Positions 29,680 to 41,838 are shown, numbered from the stretch's first letter. The stretch is DNA of 64,000 nucleotides from Histomonas meleagridis 2922-C6/04-290x (GCA_020184695.1 JAANOX010000081.1:62001-126000), one strand, 5' to 3'. A program made the numbers and translations. The notes: a model not told the origin generated them from the sequence alone.

Positions 29680-32202
29680 ATGTTATCAATTGTTTCTCTA
29701 ATCGGATCAATATTTCCATTATTTGCAAATTGCGATGAAACTCTCGTGGTAGCAAACAAATCCGTTGTTTACGAAAGCACCTATTCGAGTTATAAAAATA
29801 CCGTTCGATATCTTACCATTGCGGAAGGTGTTCGCACAATTAGCAGCTATTCATTCCAAAATTGGCCCGTTTTGCAGACGGTTACAATTGGCGATTCACT
29901 CACGAACATCAATTCCTATTCATTTTATTCATGTCCAAAATTAGAAACAGTCAACTTTCTCCATGGCCAAAGCTTAAACACCATTGGAGGGCATGCGTTT
30001 TGTTTATGCACATCTCTTCAAGAGATTGACATTCCTGAAAGTGTTATATCACTTGGCACATATGTTTTTTCACAATGCGAAAACCTTGAACATGCTAAAG
30101 TCAGCCCAAACATACAGAGCATTCCAGCAAATCTTTTCTCATATTGCCGTTCTTTAAAGGAACTTATAATTGATTGCAATGCATCGACAATCAATAATTA
30201 TGCATTTAGTCATTGTTATTCGTTACTCGAAGTGACAATACCAAACACAGTTACGACCATTGGTTCATATGCCTTTAGTTCTTGCAGCAGATTAACCACA
30301 ATAACATTTGGAAATGAGAGTTCGGTAACGACATTTGGATCACATTCATTTGATTCATGTGTTTTGTTATCCAAAATTAACATTCCATCAAGTGTCGAAA
30401 GTATTGATACATATGCATTTTCATATTGTTCAAATTTAAGTTCGATAACGATTCCAGATTTAGTTAAAGTTGTTTCAACTAATTCATTTAATTACTGTTT
30501 CAGGTTAACAAAAGTTATCATTGGTTTAAGTGTTAATGAAATCGATACATATGCATTTTATAAATGTAATAAATTAGAAACTGTTATCTTTAAAGGAACA
30601 AATGTTACCAAAATAAATTCATATGCATTTGAATATTGTCAAAGTCTTTTAGAATTCGTAATACCAGATTCGGTAACTTCAATTGGTAATTATGTCTTTA
30701 GTTCATGTACTTCATTACGTAATGCTACAATTGGTGATGGAATTACACATTTCTATACAAGTATCTTTAATTATTGTGATAACTTACAACATTTAACACT
30801 TGGCGTAGGTATACTTAAAATTGGTGAACGTTCATTCGATGGATTTGGATCATTAGTTACAGTAACGTTTAGGAAACCTGCAACAAGTTTTGAAAAATAT
30901 GCTTTTGGGAGTTGTTATAACTTAACAACTATTTCACCACCATTAACATCATTAACACAACTTGGATCATATGCATTTTATCAATGTTATAAATTAGATA
31001 ATATAATTTTAGGCGATAATTTAACTACAATTAATTCCTATGCATTTTCATATTGTGAATCATTAAAGACAATTAAATTTGGTAATAATTTAACTACAAT
31101 TGATCAATACGCATTTTCATATTGTCAAAGTCTTTTAGAATTCGTAATACCAGATTCGGTAACTTCAATTGGTAATTATGTCTTTAGTTCATGTACTTCA
31201 TTACGTAATGCTACAATTGGTGATAATATAACACATTTCTATACAAGTATCTTTAATTATTGTGATAACTTACAACATTTAACACTTGGCGTAGGTATAG
31301 TTAATATAGGCGAAAATTCATTTAAATCATTTTCTTCATTAATATCAATAACATTTCGAAGACTTCCAAAAAGTTTTGATGCAAAAAGTTTCCAATATTG
31401 TCGAAACTTGAAATATATATCACCATTAATCGAATTAACATATCTTGGGCAATATGCATTTTCTGAATGTTCATCATTAGAGAATGTTACATTTGGTGAT
31501 TCATTAACATCAATTAATTCATATGCATTTGAAAAGTGTACGTCATTAAAGACAATTATCTTCTCGGATTCAATTAAGAACATTTATACTTGCGCCTTTT
31601 ATAAATGTACTTCATTAGTAACTCTTAACTTAACTAAATATATCCAAAGATTAGATTATGAAGCTTTCGCAGATTGTAAGTCATTAAATTGTATATATTA
31701 TGATGGTGATTATGAACCTATTTATGTTTCTTCTGATGCATTCGATGATATCAAAGCTACTCATATGTACGTAAATGAGAGTTATGAAGGTACTAAATTC
31801 GGTTCTCTATACGTAATTAAAGGTTTCCAAGAATGTAACGAGTCAACAAAGTTCCCGAGTATTTTGTCATCTGGCGCAATCGCAGGTATTGTTATAGCTG
31901 TAGTCGTCTTTGTGGCATTCATCGTATGCGTAACTGTATGCATTATTAGGAGGAATAAAATCACCAAAAATCGCTCAAGCGATAATAGAAACGTGTTTCA
32001 ACAGAACGCGAACCTCGAAGAAGATGATCCAAATTATGTGTACAGAGCACCGCCCCAGCAGTATAGCTACCAAAATTATAACGTTCAACAGCCAAACGCT
32101 TATAATAACCCATACCAAGCGGATACATACCAAAGCGCACAACCAAACCCATACAGTGGATTGGATTCGCCATATAATAACAATAACACGTTTTATCAGT
32201 AA
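29680..32202 (+). CDS. BspA-like (TpLRR) leucine-rich-repeat surface protein
   Basis: Signal peptide, ~25 repeats of the type IPDSVTSIGNYVFSSCTSL, a TM helix (AIAGIVIAVVVFVAFIVCVTVCII) and a Tyr/Asn/Pro-rich cytosolic tail with a YSGL motif. Confidence 0.95.
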   Translation: MLSIVSLIGSIFPLFANCDETLVVANKSVVYESTYSSYKNTVRYLTIAEGVRTISSYSFQNWPVLQTVTIGDSLTNINSYSFYSCPKLETVNFLHGQSLNTIGGHAFCLCTSLQEIDIPESVISLGTYVFSQCENLEHAKVSPNIQSIPANLFSYCRSLKELIIDCNASTINNYAFSHCYSLLEVTIPNTVTTIGSYAFSSCSRLTTITFGNESSVTTFGSHSFDSCVLLSKINIPSSVESIDTYAFSYCSNLSSITIPDLVKVVSTNSFNYCFRLTKVIIGLSVNEIDTYAFYKCNKLETVIFKGTNVTKINSYAFEYCQSLLEFVIPDSVTSIGNYVFSSCTSLRNATIGDGITHFYTSIFNYCDNLQHLTLGVGILKIGERSFDGFGSLVTVTFRKPATSFEKYAFGSCYNLTTISPPLTSLTQLGSYAFYQCYKLDNIILGDNLTTINSYAFSYCESLKTIKFGNNLTTIDQYAFSYCQSLLEFVIPDSVTSIGNYVFSSCTSLRNATIGDNITHFYTSIFNYCDNLQHLTLGVGIVNIGENSFKSFSSLISITFRRLPKSFDAKSFQYCRNLKYISPLIELTYLGQYAFSECSSLENVTFGDSLTSINSYAFEKCTSLKTIIFSDSIKNIYTCAFYKCTSLVTLNLTKYIQRLDYEAFADCKSLNCIYYDGDYEPIYVSSDAFDDIKATHMYVNESYEGTKFGSLYVIKGFQECNESTKFPSILSSGAIAGIVIAVVVFVAFIVCVTVCIIRRNKITKNRSSDNRNVFQQNANLEEDDPNYVYRAPPQQYSYQNYNVQQPNAYNNPYQADTYQSAQPNPYSGLDSPYNNNNTFYQ

Positions 32203-32284
32203 AATTCTTAATAATTTGAACAAATTTATGAAACTGTTTAAAGATTTAATTTGTGCATCAATTTTGATGTTGTTGATATCGTTT

Positions 32285-32760
32285 AATGTGAATTTGGATA
32301 AATGTGAAAATGTGTGAACTAAATGTTTGAAGATTGGCTTGTACAAGTTTTAGTGTAATAAATTAATGTGAATTTGAATAAATGTGAAAATGTGTGAACT
32401 AAATGTTTGAAGATTGGCTTGTACAAGTTTTAGTGTAATAAATCAATGTGAATTTGAATAAATGTGAAAATGTGTGAACTAAATGTTTGAAGATTGGCTT
32501 GTACAAGTTTTTAGTGTAATAAATCAATGTGAATTTGAATAAATGTGAAAATGTGTGAACTAAATGTTTGAAGATTGGCTTGTACAAGTTTTAGTGTAAT
32601 AAATCAATGTGAATTTGAATAAATGTGAAAATGTGTGAACTAAATGTTTGAAGATTGGCTTGTACAAGTTTTAGTGTAATAAATTAATGTGAATTTGAAT
32701 AAATGTGAAAATGTGTGAACTAAATGTTTGAAGATTGGCTTGTACATCAATTTTAGTGTA
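32285..32760. repeat. Tandem array of an 80-bp unit, 6 copies
   Basis: AATGTGAATTTGAATAAATGTGAAAATGTGTGAACTAAATGTTTGAAGATTGGCTTGTACAAGTTTTAGTGTAATAAAT(T/C) starts at 32285, 32365, 32445, 32526, 32606 and 32686. The copies are nearly identical. Confidence 0.95.
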
Positions 32761-34427
32761 TATATATATATATATTGTATAAAATGAGAAGTAGGCTCTC
32801 AAAAAAACATATATAGACAAAATTACAGTGATTACAATTTTAATATAATTATTAATATTTTGTGTACCTTTAATGAAAAATGATCTTTTCGAAATTCGAG
32901 CTCCCATAAAAGCTAATTTGATTTCATTTTTTTTATTAATTTTTTTTTTCTTTTTTCTCCATCCTCTGTGCTAAATTTTTTTCTTTTCGCTTCCTTCTTT
33001 TATTAAAATAAATTTTTCTTTTATCTATATTTTAATGTTAATTGATTTTTTATAAATTGGATATTTTGAATATTCTTTAAAAATCATTTCTCTTTAAATT
33101 TATATAAATAGAATCATTCGAATTATTATTGTTTAATAATTTCATTCTGATCAAATATGATCATATGTATATATATCCAATGGATTTCCTGTTAATTGGT
33201 ATCTAATTCCTTCCAATTTAATAACATAATAATAATATTAAACTTTAATTTTAAACAGTCTCTATATATATGTCTTAACAATTCTTTTAATATTATTTTT
33301 ATTATCTCTCAAAAAGATTAGACATATTATATTATTATTATAGTTACAATAATATGTTTTCTAAATTAAAAATATTATTTTATTAATTAATGCTATTTCG
33401 AAGTTAATGATAAAAAATTCATATGAATTACAGCATTATCTATTCTAATTAATAGCAAAAAAGTTAGTAAGATGGAGTCTCGCTCAAAAAGTGGCATTGC
33501 TTGAATTAACCGACAGTTTCCTTATGGTTTGCATGATTTAGTTGCATTAAAACAACCGAAAATGTATTTATACACAATACATTGAATGGGGTCAATGGTT
33601 ATAAAGTTAAATTATAAATTTAAAGCAAATAAAAATAGCATTTTCTCATGCATTTTGATTTCCATTACCAATTAAAAAAATGGTCCAATTAGTTGATGTA
33701 ATAATTTGAGTTTCCTTACATTCATTTGAAAGAATTGTTCTAACTGCAGAAATATTCAATTTTTTATTCAAATACTTATGTTTTACTAGAAATTTAAGGT
33801 ATGTTCATTTAATGGTCACCATAAAATATAAATTATATAAATAACTTATGAAGGGAAATTGCTATTATTTCTTCAATATTAATTTAGTTGAAATTATTTA
33901 CGAATTGTATTTTAAAAAATATATGTTAATTTTTTTTCTGAAAATGATATCGGAATTCTTCGTGTTTTATTTATAAATATTTATAATAGCGAAAATTTAT
34001 ATCATAAATTAGTGAAATTTTAATTATAATTTTAATTTTCTACTGGATAAAAATTGAATTCATTTAGTATATTTTTGATAAAATTCTTCAAAAATAATAT
34101 ATATAATGATATTTATATAATATATATAATATCCTTAATTATTATTTGAGGTATCATTAAAAATGAGAATTGCGTTTGAAATTTATCAATATTTTTAATA
34201 TAAAAATGAATGCATCTAGATGAATCACTGATGAAATTTTTTTAAAATAATATAATTTTCGGCGATAAATCACTTGATTTTGACAAATTACAATCAGCGT
34301 ACACAACGCATTCAACACGATTAGCCGAACAATTTTTGTTCATTCAATTTTGAATATATTCAAAAAATTGAAAGATAAGCCATTGAAAATCAACCGCTCA
34401 CAGAAACAATCACTTCATTTTTTAATA

Positions 34428-35072
34428 ATGAAAGTTGCTGTTATTGGTGCTACAGGCTTCATTGGTGCTAAGATATTCGAAGAGGCTGTTTCAAGAGGCT
34501 ATGATACAATTGCTATTAGCAGGAATCCACCAAAAGAATTATTAAACGGAAAATGCACACATGTATCAGTCGATATTTTTAATTTACAAGAACTTGAAAA
34601 TGCATTAAAAGGAGCAGAAATTGTTATCCATGCTTATTGTCCACCAAAAGATTCGACATTTGAAAAAATGGAAGAACTTCAAGTTAATGCAACAAAGAAT
34701 ATAATCGAAGCAGCTAAAAAAGTCGGTGCACGTCGTCTTCTTGCTGTTGGTGGTGCAGGTACACTCATAACTAATGGTGCTCGAAATATGGATTCACCGG
34801 GATTCCCGCCAGCTTACATGCCATTAGCTAACGCTACTGCTAAACTTCTTACACTTGTTTTGGAGCAAAAGGATATTCCAGGAACAGTGTTATGCCCATC
34901 AATGGAAATTTATCCGGGGAAAAAACAAGGTAAGTTTAGGTTAAGTGGTGATGAAACAATATTCAACGAAAAAGGTGAAAGCAAAATATCAAATTCTGAT
35001 TATGCTGTTGCAATGATTGATGAAATAGCCAATGGTAATTACATTGGAAAACGTTTCACAGTTGGTTACTAA
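34428..35072 (+). CDS. NAD(P)-binding Rossmann oxidoreductase (bacterial YwnB/flavin-reductase-like)
   Basis: MKVAVIGATGFIGAKIFEEAVSRG, RRLLAVGGAGTL, GKFRLSGD...GESKISNSDYAVAMIDE...RFTVGY. An Inr-like TCACTTCATTTT lies just upstream. Confidence 0.9.
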   Translation: MKVAVIGATGFIGAKIFEEAVSRGYDTIAISRNPPKELLNGKCTHVSVDIFNLQELENALKGAEIVIHAYCPPKDSTFEKMEELQVNATKNIIEAAKKVGARRLLAVGGAGTLITNGARNMDSPGFPPAYMPLANATAKLLTLVLEQKDIPGTVLCPSMEIYPGKKQGKFRLSGDETIFNEKGESKISNSDYAVAMIDEIANGNYIGKRFTVGY

Positions 35073-35398
35073 ACAACTAACTCATTATTATAATTTTTTG
35101 TATTCTTAACTAATATATATAATAATATAACAATAATAATATAACAATAATAATATAACAATAATAATATAAATAGAACAATATTGATATATATATAATG
35201 AAACAGTAATGATATAAATAATATATATAACAATATAAATTTCTTTTATAAAAAACGTAAAAAACACAAACTAATAATTTATTATTAAAAGCATATTTAA
35301 ACAACGAACATTTTGCCTTGGAAAATTCTAACTTCTTGGATAAATGAAGGAAATCATGTTCCAATGTATCAATTAATATGATCTTCTTGTAATCACAT

Positions 35399-35472
35399 AA
35401 TGCGAATTTGATAAACGTGAAAATGTGTGAATTAAATGTATGAATATTGGCCTGAGCATCATTTTCGGTGTA
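35399..35472. repeat. Diverged solo copy of the 80-bp repeat unit, same orientation
   Basis: AATGCGAATTTGATAAACGTGAAAATGTGTGAATTAAATGTATGAATATTGGCCTGAGCATCATTTTCGGTGTA aligns with the last array copy (32686-32760). Confidence 0.8.
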
Positions 35473-35800
35473 AAGGCGTAAAGTGCATTTGAATTTGGTG
35501 AATGCACAAAATTGATGAAATACTATAGTAGCAAATCCAATCAAAGACGAATTAGAAGTGACATAAAGACTTTTGTATGTTGTTTATGTAATAGTGTGAT
35601 ATAGATCAACAAAACCTGTTCAGAACAACGCGTACTGTACATCATCACAGCATTCTATCGTGATCATATTATGAATTTGAAATTTATCGTAAACGATTCA
35701 AATTGCTCCGTTTGAGGCATTTGAGAACAGTTTCAAGTGTCAGTACGTTAAAGCTCTGATCGTTACTAAATTGTCAATGTTAGTTTGAGTTTTTCCAGTA

Positions 35801-37267
35801 ATGGAAAAATCCCTAATATATTTAGGGGTGAGAAAACCTGTTCCATTTTCATTCGGATCACTATATGAGATTGATGTTTATCGGGAGCCACAAGTAAAAC
35901 CACCTGCTTTTTCACAAAAATATTCTGAATATTTAAACTCAAGCTCAATTAATGCCCTAAAACCGAAGCACGTAGGTGTAGCATATGATAATGAAGTTTT
36001 TTATCAGCATATCCAAACAAGAAATAGATTAATTTTTAATCAAAATATTTTATTTGAAGCTTTTGATTCTTCAATTAAAATTATTGAAAACCCATCTGAA
36101 GAAGGAAGCTGGGTGCAAACAGTTCCAACAATTTCAACTCGTTCTAAGTGTCGAGCATTAGCTATCAGTCCAGATTCTTCTTTTGGTGTTGCACTTACAT
36201 TAGCAAATCCTGTTATTTTTTCAACTGTTCGTTCACCTAACCTTAGATTTTCGAATGTTCAATTTTTTTCTTTAAATAATATAAATCCAACAGATGTAGC
36301 AATTAATCCATTTATTCCCAATGAATTTGTTATTTCCAGTGATGATAATAGTATTTATCTTTATGATCAAACAAATGAGATTGCATGTTTTTCTCATGAA
36401 ATCAATGAAAAAAATATTTTTAATTCAACAATTTTTCTTGGTCACCCACGAGTTGCATCATTATCTCTCCACAAGTCTGTTTGCATCATTGATTTTCGTA
36501 CCCCACAACTAAATATAGCTGAAGCGCCATTTGAAAAAGTCACATCAATGGCGACCGTTAGCCCAATTGAATTTGTAACCGCCAGCGCTGACGGTTTGAA
36601 TATCGTCGACATCCGCCTTCCAACTAAAGCGTGCGGTCGTTTTAGATATAATTTCGCTTCACCTCCTGTTCATCTTTCCCATTCTGTTATTAATAATTTT
36701 ATTTGTATCTCAGCTTTAATAAGGGATACATCAGATGTAATATATTTCCCTTTCAATCAAACAGAGTATGCAGCCCCATTTACACCTTTTGACATCAAAT
36801 TTAAGGACTTCTATTCCCTTGAATCTGAGTTTCTCACTGGTTTTACACAAATTAATGATCATGCATATCTTCAATTTGAAGGTGGAGCAATACTTCATTC
36901 ACAACTAAGCAATGAACACCGTTCGTCAATCCATTTTCTTTCCTCAATAATGAGATCTCAAGATCATTTTCAACGAGATATTTTTGATTTTGAGCCACAA
37001 TTCGAAAAAATCCGCTCTCGGAATCGTCCTGATGACGGAGATGTTCAGTGGAACGCAATTATGCCTGGCGCTACTGCAGAACCTCCCGCGTCACTTTTGT
37101 ATAAACCGGAAATTAACGAAAATGACGAAACTGATGCAGTTGGATATCTGATAGAGGACGAGGAAGCTCTTGATTTGCTGCAGGAAAGTGTGCCTGAGGC
37201 ATTGGGACTGTTTTGGAAGAGTCATATAATGGCTGTTAAAGAGTTTATGGAAAATAAAGTACAATAA
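35801..37267 (+). CDS. Hypothetical protein, possible beta-propeller (WD40-like)
   Basis: 488-aa ORF with beta-rich segments (DVAINPFIPNEFVISSDDNSIYLYD; VCIIDFR; LNIVDIR). Confidence 0.55.
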   Translation: MEKSLIYLGVRKPVPFSFGSLYEIDVYREPQVKPPAFSQKYSEYLNSSSINALKPKHVGVAYDNEVFYQHIQTRNRLIFNQNILFEAFDSSIKIIENPSEEGSWVQTVPTISTRSKCRALAISPDSSFGVALTLANPVIFSTVRSPNLRFSNVQFFSLNNINPTDVAINPFIPNEFVISSDDNSIYLYDQTNEIACFSHEINEKNIFNSTIFLGHPRVASLSLHKSVCIIDFRTPQLNIAEAPFEKVTSMATVSPIEFVTASADGLNIVDIRLPTKACGRFRYNFASPPVHLSHSVINNFICISALIRDTSDVIYFPFNQTEYAAPFTPFDIKFKDFYSLESEFLTGFTQINDHAYLQFEGGAILHSQLSNEHRSSIHFLSSIMRSQDHFQRDIFDFEPQFEKIRSRNRPDDGDVQWNAIMPGATAEPPASLLYKPEINENDETDAVGYLIEDEEALDLLQESVPEALGLFWKSHIMAVKEFMENKVQ

Positions 37268-37719
37268 ATTTTTCTGTATGTAAATTATATGCATAAGATA
37301 TTGTAATTTTTTGCTGACAATGTTGCTAAAGTTAAAAATTATTCGAAATTAATATATTTCTCATATCAATTCATATGACATAAATATATTTGATTGAAGT
37401 TCATTTTTATTTTTCACAAAAATCATTTAAGTTATTCAGATGAAATTCGTCACTTTTGACCCAGAGAAATATGCATTTATTACCTAGGAATAATAATAAT
37501 AAATTCCTAGAAATTATGTTATTCAGATTCCGTATGTCATTTCAATAATTAATGTATGAAATATGAATATAATTCTAAATAAAATTTGATCATGTCCAAC
37601 ATCATGCATCATTTCATTGTAATAAAATGAAAAATAAATTAATTTATCATGACATTAGCACCTGAAAACAATTTGAAGAAATAATGAAAATACTTATTAA
37701 TAATGCATACATGATTTAA

Positions 37720-38565
37720 TTAAAACTGTGGTGAGCGTGGCGTCGAATAGAACACAGCGCAGTCAGTTCTTACCGAGCCAAAAAGTTTCTTCAAAAACAT
37801 TTCTGGCTCTTGCTCAGGTTTTGGAGGGGGAGGTGGCGGAGGAGGCGGTGGTGGTGGTGTTGGAGGTGGCACTGGCGATGGCTGTACTTGTCTTTCAACG
37901 ACTGCAGGCGATTTCTGTTTTCGAGTTGATCTCTGATGATCAGCAACAATATTTGGCGAATATTGTTGCATTTGAGGTTGGATGTACGGTGACTGCGCTG
38001 GCGATACGCGGGATGAGTTTCCTGGTGAGGCATATGGGGAAAGTGGTGCTTGATTATTATTTCGAATTAATTTCTGCTTCAATGGCCTAAAAAATGTGTC
38101 ATAACAATAAGCAGCTTTCAAAACAAAGTCAACTGGATAAAATGGATATAAACTCGTATATTTAGGAAATGCTCCATTTAAAACTAATAAGTTTTGAAAA
38201 CCTCTTTTTTCATCATCTGTAAGTTCTGTAACTTCTTTGCTAGCACGCATTTCTGGTAGAGACATTGAAATTTCGTTCATGATATTTTGGAAACCTATGT
38301 AAGAATTTGTGGACTTTATCAATAGCTGAATAAATTCATTTTCTCTATTAGGACCTTGACTGGTTCTGGTTACGCAAAACGATGATATTTCTTTTACTAT
38401 TCTTATAATGTTATTTTTAATTTCATCAGCCTGCATCATATTTTGAGGATTTTTGCGGTAACAGTCTTTAATGTGGTTAAACAGCATTTTGCATGCATTA
38501 GTTTGTGCACTTTGACATTGTTTGCAAACAACGAACGGTTTTGGTTGTGGTTGCTGTTGTTCCAT
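37720..38565 (-). CDS. Hypothetical protein with a poly-proline C-terminal tract
   Basis: First ATG at 38565 (the track start is a TTG). Contains CxxC near the N-terminus and PPPTPPPPPPPPPPPP near the C-terminus. Confidence 0.6.
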   Translation of the reverse strand: MEQQQPQPKPFVVCKQCQSAQTNACKMLFNHIKDCYRKNPQNMMQADEIKNNIIRIVKEISSFCVTRTSQGPNRENEFIQLLIKSTNSYIGFQNIMNEISMSLPEMRASKEVTELTDDEKRGFQNLLVLNGAFPKYTSLYPFYPVDFVLKAAYCYDTFFRPLKQKLIRNNNQAPLSPYASPGNSSRVSPAQSPYIQPQMQQYSPNIVADHQRSTRKQKSPAVVERQVQPSPVPPPTPPPPPPPPPPPPKPEQEPEMFLKKLFGSVRTDCAVFYSTPRSPQF

Positions 38566-39895
38566 TGGAACTTCTGAGTAAATATTTTTAACGGTCAAAT
38601 GTAAAACACTCAATACATTTTTTGATCGTTCTTCATTGAAATCAAAGGAGGATCATGCCTCGTTAATTTTAAACGCAGAATTCTGCTGTAAACATAATAT
38701 GAATAGTTTATAACATTGAGTGTATACACTCAATGAATAAATGCGAAATTTCTTGCATGTATTCTGATGCGATGTAGATTGTAACACTTTTGTCCAGAAA
38801 GGGCGACAAAGCTGTTTAAAAAGCCGCTAAATTTTGTTTTTTGAATATCAACTCAAATAAAAAATATATCATCATTTAAATTACGCATTCATGTAAGATA
38901 TTGTCTTAAATTATATAAATTGAAACATTGTCTCATTTTAAGATGTTATTTGAGTAGGATTGCAATCTTTTTCATTTAATAATTTATTTTTTACGATATT
39001 CAATATCAAATGCTTTACGGTTTACAGCATTCAAAAAGTCAAAAAAAATCAGAAAATTATTGATTTCATAAGTGGTCCAAGAAAATTTAAAACGAAAATA
39101 TCTCGAAAACGATCCATAGGTGTATAGTAAAAATTTAGTGACATTGCTTCTATTATGTGTAGAGTATAAATAATTCAAAAAATCGAATTTAAAATTTTGA
39201 TCATTCCATGCTGGCAGATGCGCATCTGTAATCTCAAAATGTTCATTTTCAATTATCTGTAAGAACAACATCACCATGTAGCTATTCATTCTATATATCA
39301 AGCGTCAACATGATTCTTTCTCTCCTTTCATGATAAATCAATAGATCAACTTGATTTACTTATTAAGAAAGATGTACCACTACAAATCGCTTAGCCACAC
39401 CTATTAACGTAAACTATAAATATAAGTCTAAACTATATATCAATGTTGAAATGTTTTCAACGTCCAATATCAAGAAAACTAATAACAAAATCATTTCATA
39501 ATGCTTTCTAATATGTAAAAAGAATAAAACTTCTATATTTTTTATAATTAATTGCATGCAATTGGATATCTTTTAGCATAAGTGTGAGGTTTCCTGTTTA
39601 TATATTATAGGAAGGTCAATTCACGGTAATAAAAATTAACAATCAAACACTGTGCTTTTTATGCAATCAAATTACATAGAATGATACACCATCACTCTTT
39701 GATCTTTTATATGTTATAAGCGTAGTGGCAAGTGAAGGAGATAGGTGCAAAAGCTTTTCTTTTCACTGCTTCTTAACGTATTAACGATAAGTTTTTCAAT
39801 TCATAATGATCATGTTGAATCAATTTTGACAAATTTAATGAGCAAAAAAAACAGAGAAAGCAACCCTTTCCAGGCAAATTGGTAGGCTTAAATAG

Positions 39896-41838
39896 GATAT
39901 TATTAATCTTGAACAATCACTGGGGTACTACAAGAAAAAAACCCAGATACTCGAGAAAATAATAGAAGATCATGATCCCACATTACTTCCACCAAGATCT
40001 TTTAAGGGTCAAAGGGAGTTCTATGAAAAATATTTGAGGATATTAAAATCGGTTGACGAGCCCGTAAACAAACCCATATCTTTTGAAGAACAATTATCAT
40101 CTAAATCACAGAACAATTCCAATCGTTTTCCTCGATCTCGGCAATGGAGTCCCAATGTAATTATATTTTGTTTCATATTAAGAACTCTCAGAAGTAAGTG
40201 TTATGACTATCTTCGCTCCGTCATAACATTGCCATGTAAACAGACGCTGTACAATCACTTTAGCCAAATTCAAAATTCGTGGAAGGAGTGTTTAACCATA
40301 TGTTCGGAAACAATCCGCATTATCAACCTATTTAGAAGAAGACATAACATTCAGTATTCTGAGAAAGTGGATATTGTTTTGGGTATAGATGCTATGTCAA
40401 TGGAACCTGTTACAAAAGACATTTATGATGCAAAGAGAGGGGACAATAATGCATTTTTAATTCATTTACAACCTTTATCATGCAAGTATAAATGTCTTCC
40501 TTTACATGTGTTACCATACAAGAAGGGCAATGCAGATGAAGATGTCAGAATTCGGCTAAGATATCTTGCTGATTTTTTAGATGCAAATGGTTTCAATGTT
40601 CGCTGTATAGCAAGTGACGGTTATTCTGGATACTCTATAATTCATCGCGAACAGTTCAACAAGTGGTGGCCTATTTTTAGAAATAGGGGAATTGAAGATG
40701 CACTTGGGATTCTGAGAATGATAGATTGATAATTGGCGACTTCTTATATCTATTGAAAAATGCTAGAAGCAGGATATTAAATAAACAAATCTCAATATGT
40801 ACAGACGGTAAGCTAGCCTTCACCGCGCTTGATATGGAAAAAGTACTACAGCTTGGAGCTCCATTAACAGACGCGTCACCAAATAGAAGGATGAAGGATC
40901 ATTATTGTTTGAAGATCTTTACTATGGAAAACTTCTTCCAATTGTTACATTCTAGCCACATTAACATGGCGTTTTACATACTTCCGTATGCTCTATGGTC
41001 ACATGCTATTCGTAATTCATCGCTGTCACCTCAAACACGACTGGATTATCTTTGTTCTTCACTTGATATTTTTGCATATCATCCAAAAAACTTAGACAGG
41101 CTAACATCAAATGTACAACAAGTGAAATGTGGTCATGGTACGCAATATTGTTGTTCACTCAATCAATGCATTCAAATTATGAACACATTGATTGGTGTTT
41201 TGAGAGAGTTAAGAGCAAGGTCTGATGATCTGTGTCTGGAAAGATTGGGAACACATAATGTTGAATGTCAGTTTGGTTTAATACGTATTATGTGTCATAA
41301 CGAACACAGCTGGTAAAAGATTATGAGTGCATTTTCACGTCTCACCTTAATGAATGATTTGACAACTGTGATAGGTCGAAAGATCAACATAAGAACCAGG
41401 ATGAATGTAGGTGGAGTGAAACTTACTGAAAAGCAGGGCAATGTATTTGAGGAGCCACCCCAAGAGCTAACTATGGAACAAGTGTTTGAGGCTGTTAATG
41501 TCGTCATGGAGAGACAAGCTGGAAGTGAAGATATACCATTTGAAACTGCTATTGAGTTATGCCCTGACCTGGCAAAGTTTGTGATGTGGTTGAATAGAAT
41601 TCATGCTAAGTGGAAGGCGACAGGTGTTAGGTTGGAAGAAACCTACCAAGGAAGTTTAATCAGCAATTGTACAATCTTAGCCAGACTCATTACATTTTGC
41701 AAACATGAGCCTATAAATGATGCAGACCTTGGAGATGAGGATACCAAAGAACAACAATCAGTAAGGTTGAAAGAAAATTTGTTATTTGAACAACCACACC
41801 TACCAGAAACGAATAATAAACGACCGTTTAAATTATAA
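39896..41838 (+). mobile_element. Decayed P-element/THAP9-superfamily transposase
   Basis: RSRQWS...KCYDYLRSVITLPCKQTL, VLGIDAMSM, CIASDG, GDFLYLLKNARSR and LGTHNVECQFGLIR follow the P-transposase motif order. There is a frameshift at ~40726 and an in-frame TAA at 41314. No TIRs were recognised. Confidence 0.75.

Noticed and set aside
32285-32760. CRISPR-like array
   Set aside because: The units are contiguous with no unique spacers, the host is eukaryotic, and there are no cas genes.
35110-35544. 144-aa ORF with a Y/I/L-rich tail
   Set aside because: It is built from the solo repeat and an AAT-rich microsatellite-like tract, with no protein-like features.
38984-39301. 105-aa ORF near the P-like element
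   Set aside because: No recognisable motif and no evidence linking it to the transposon. It may be a fragment but cannot be supported.
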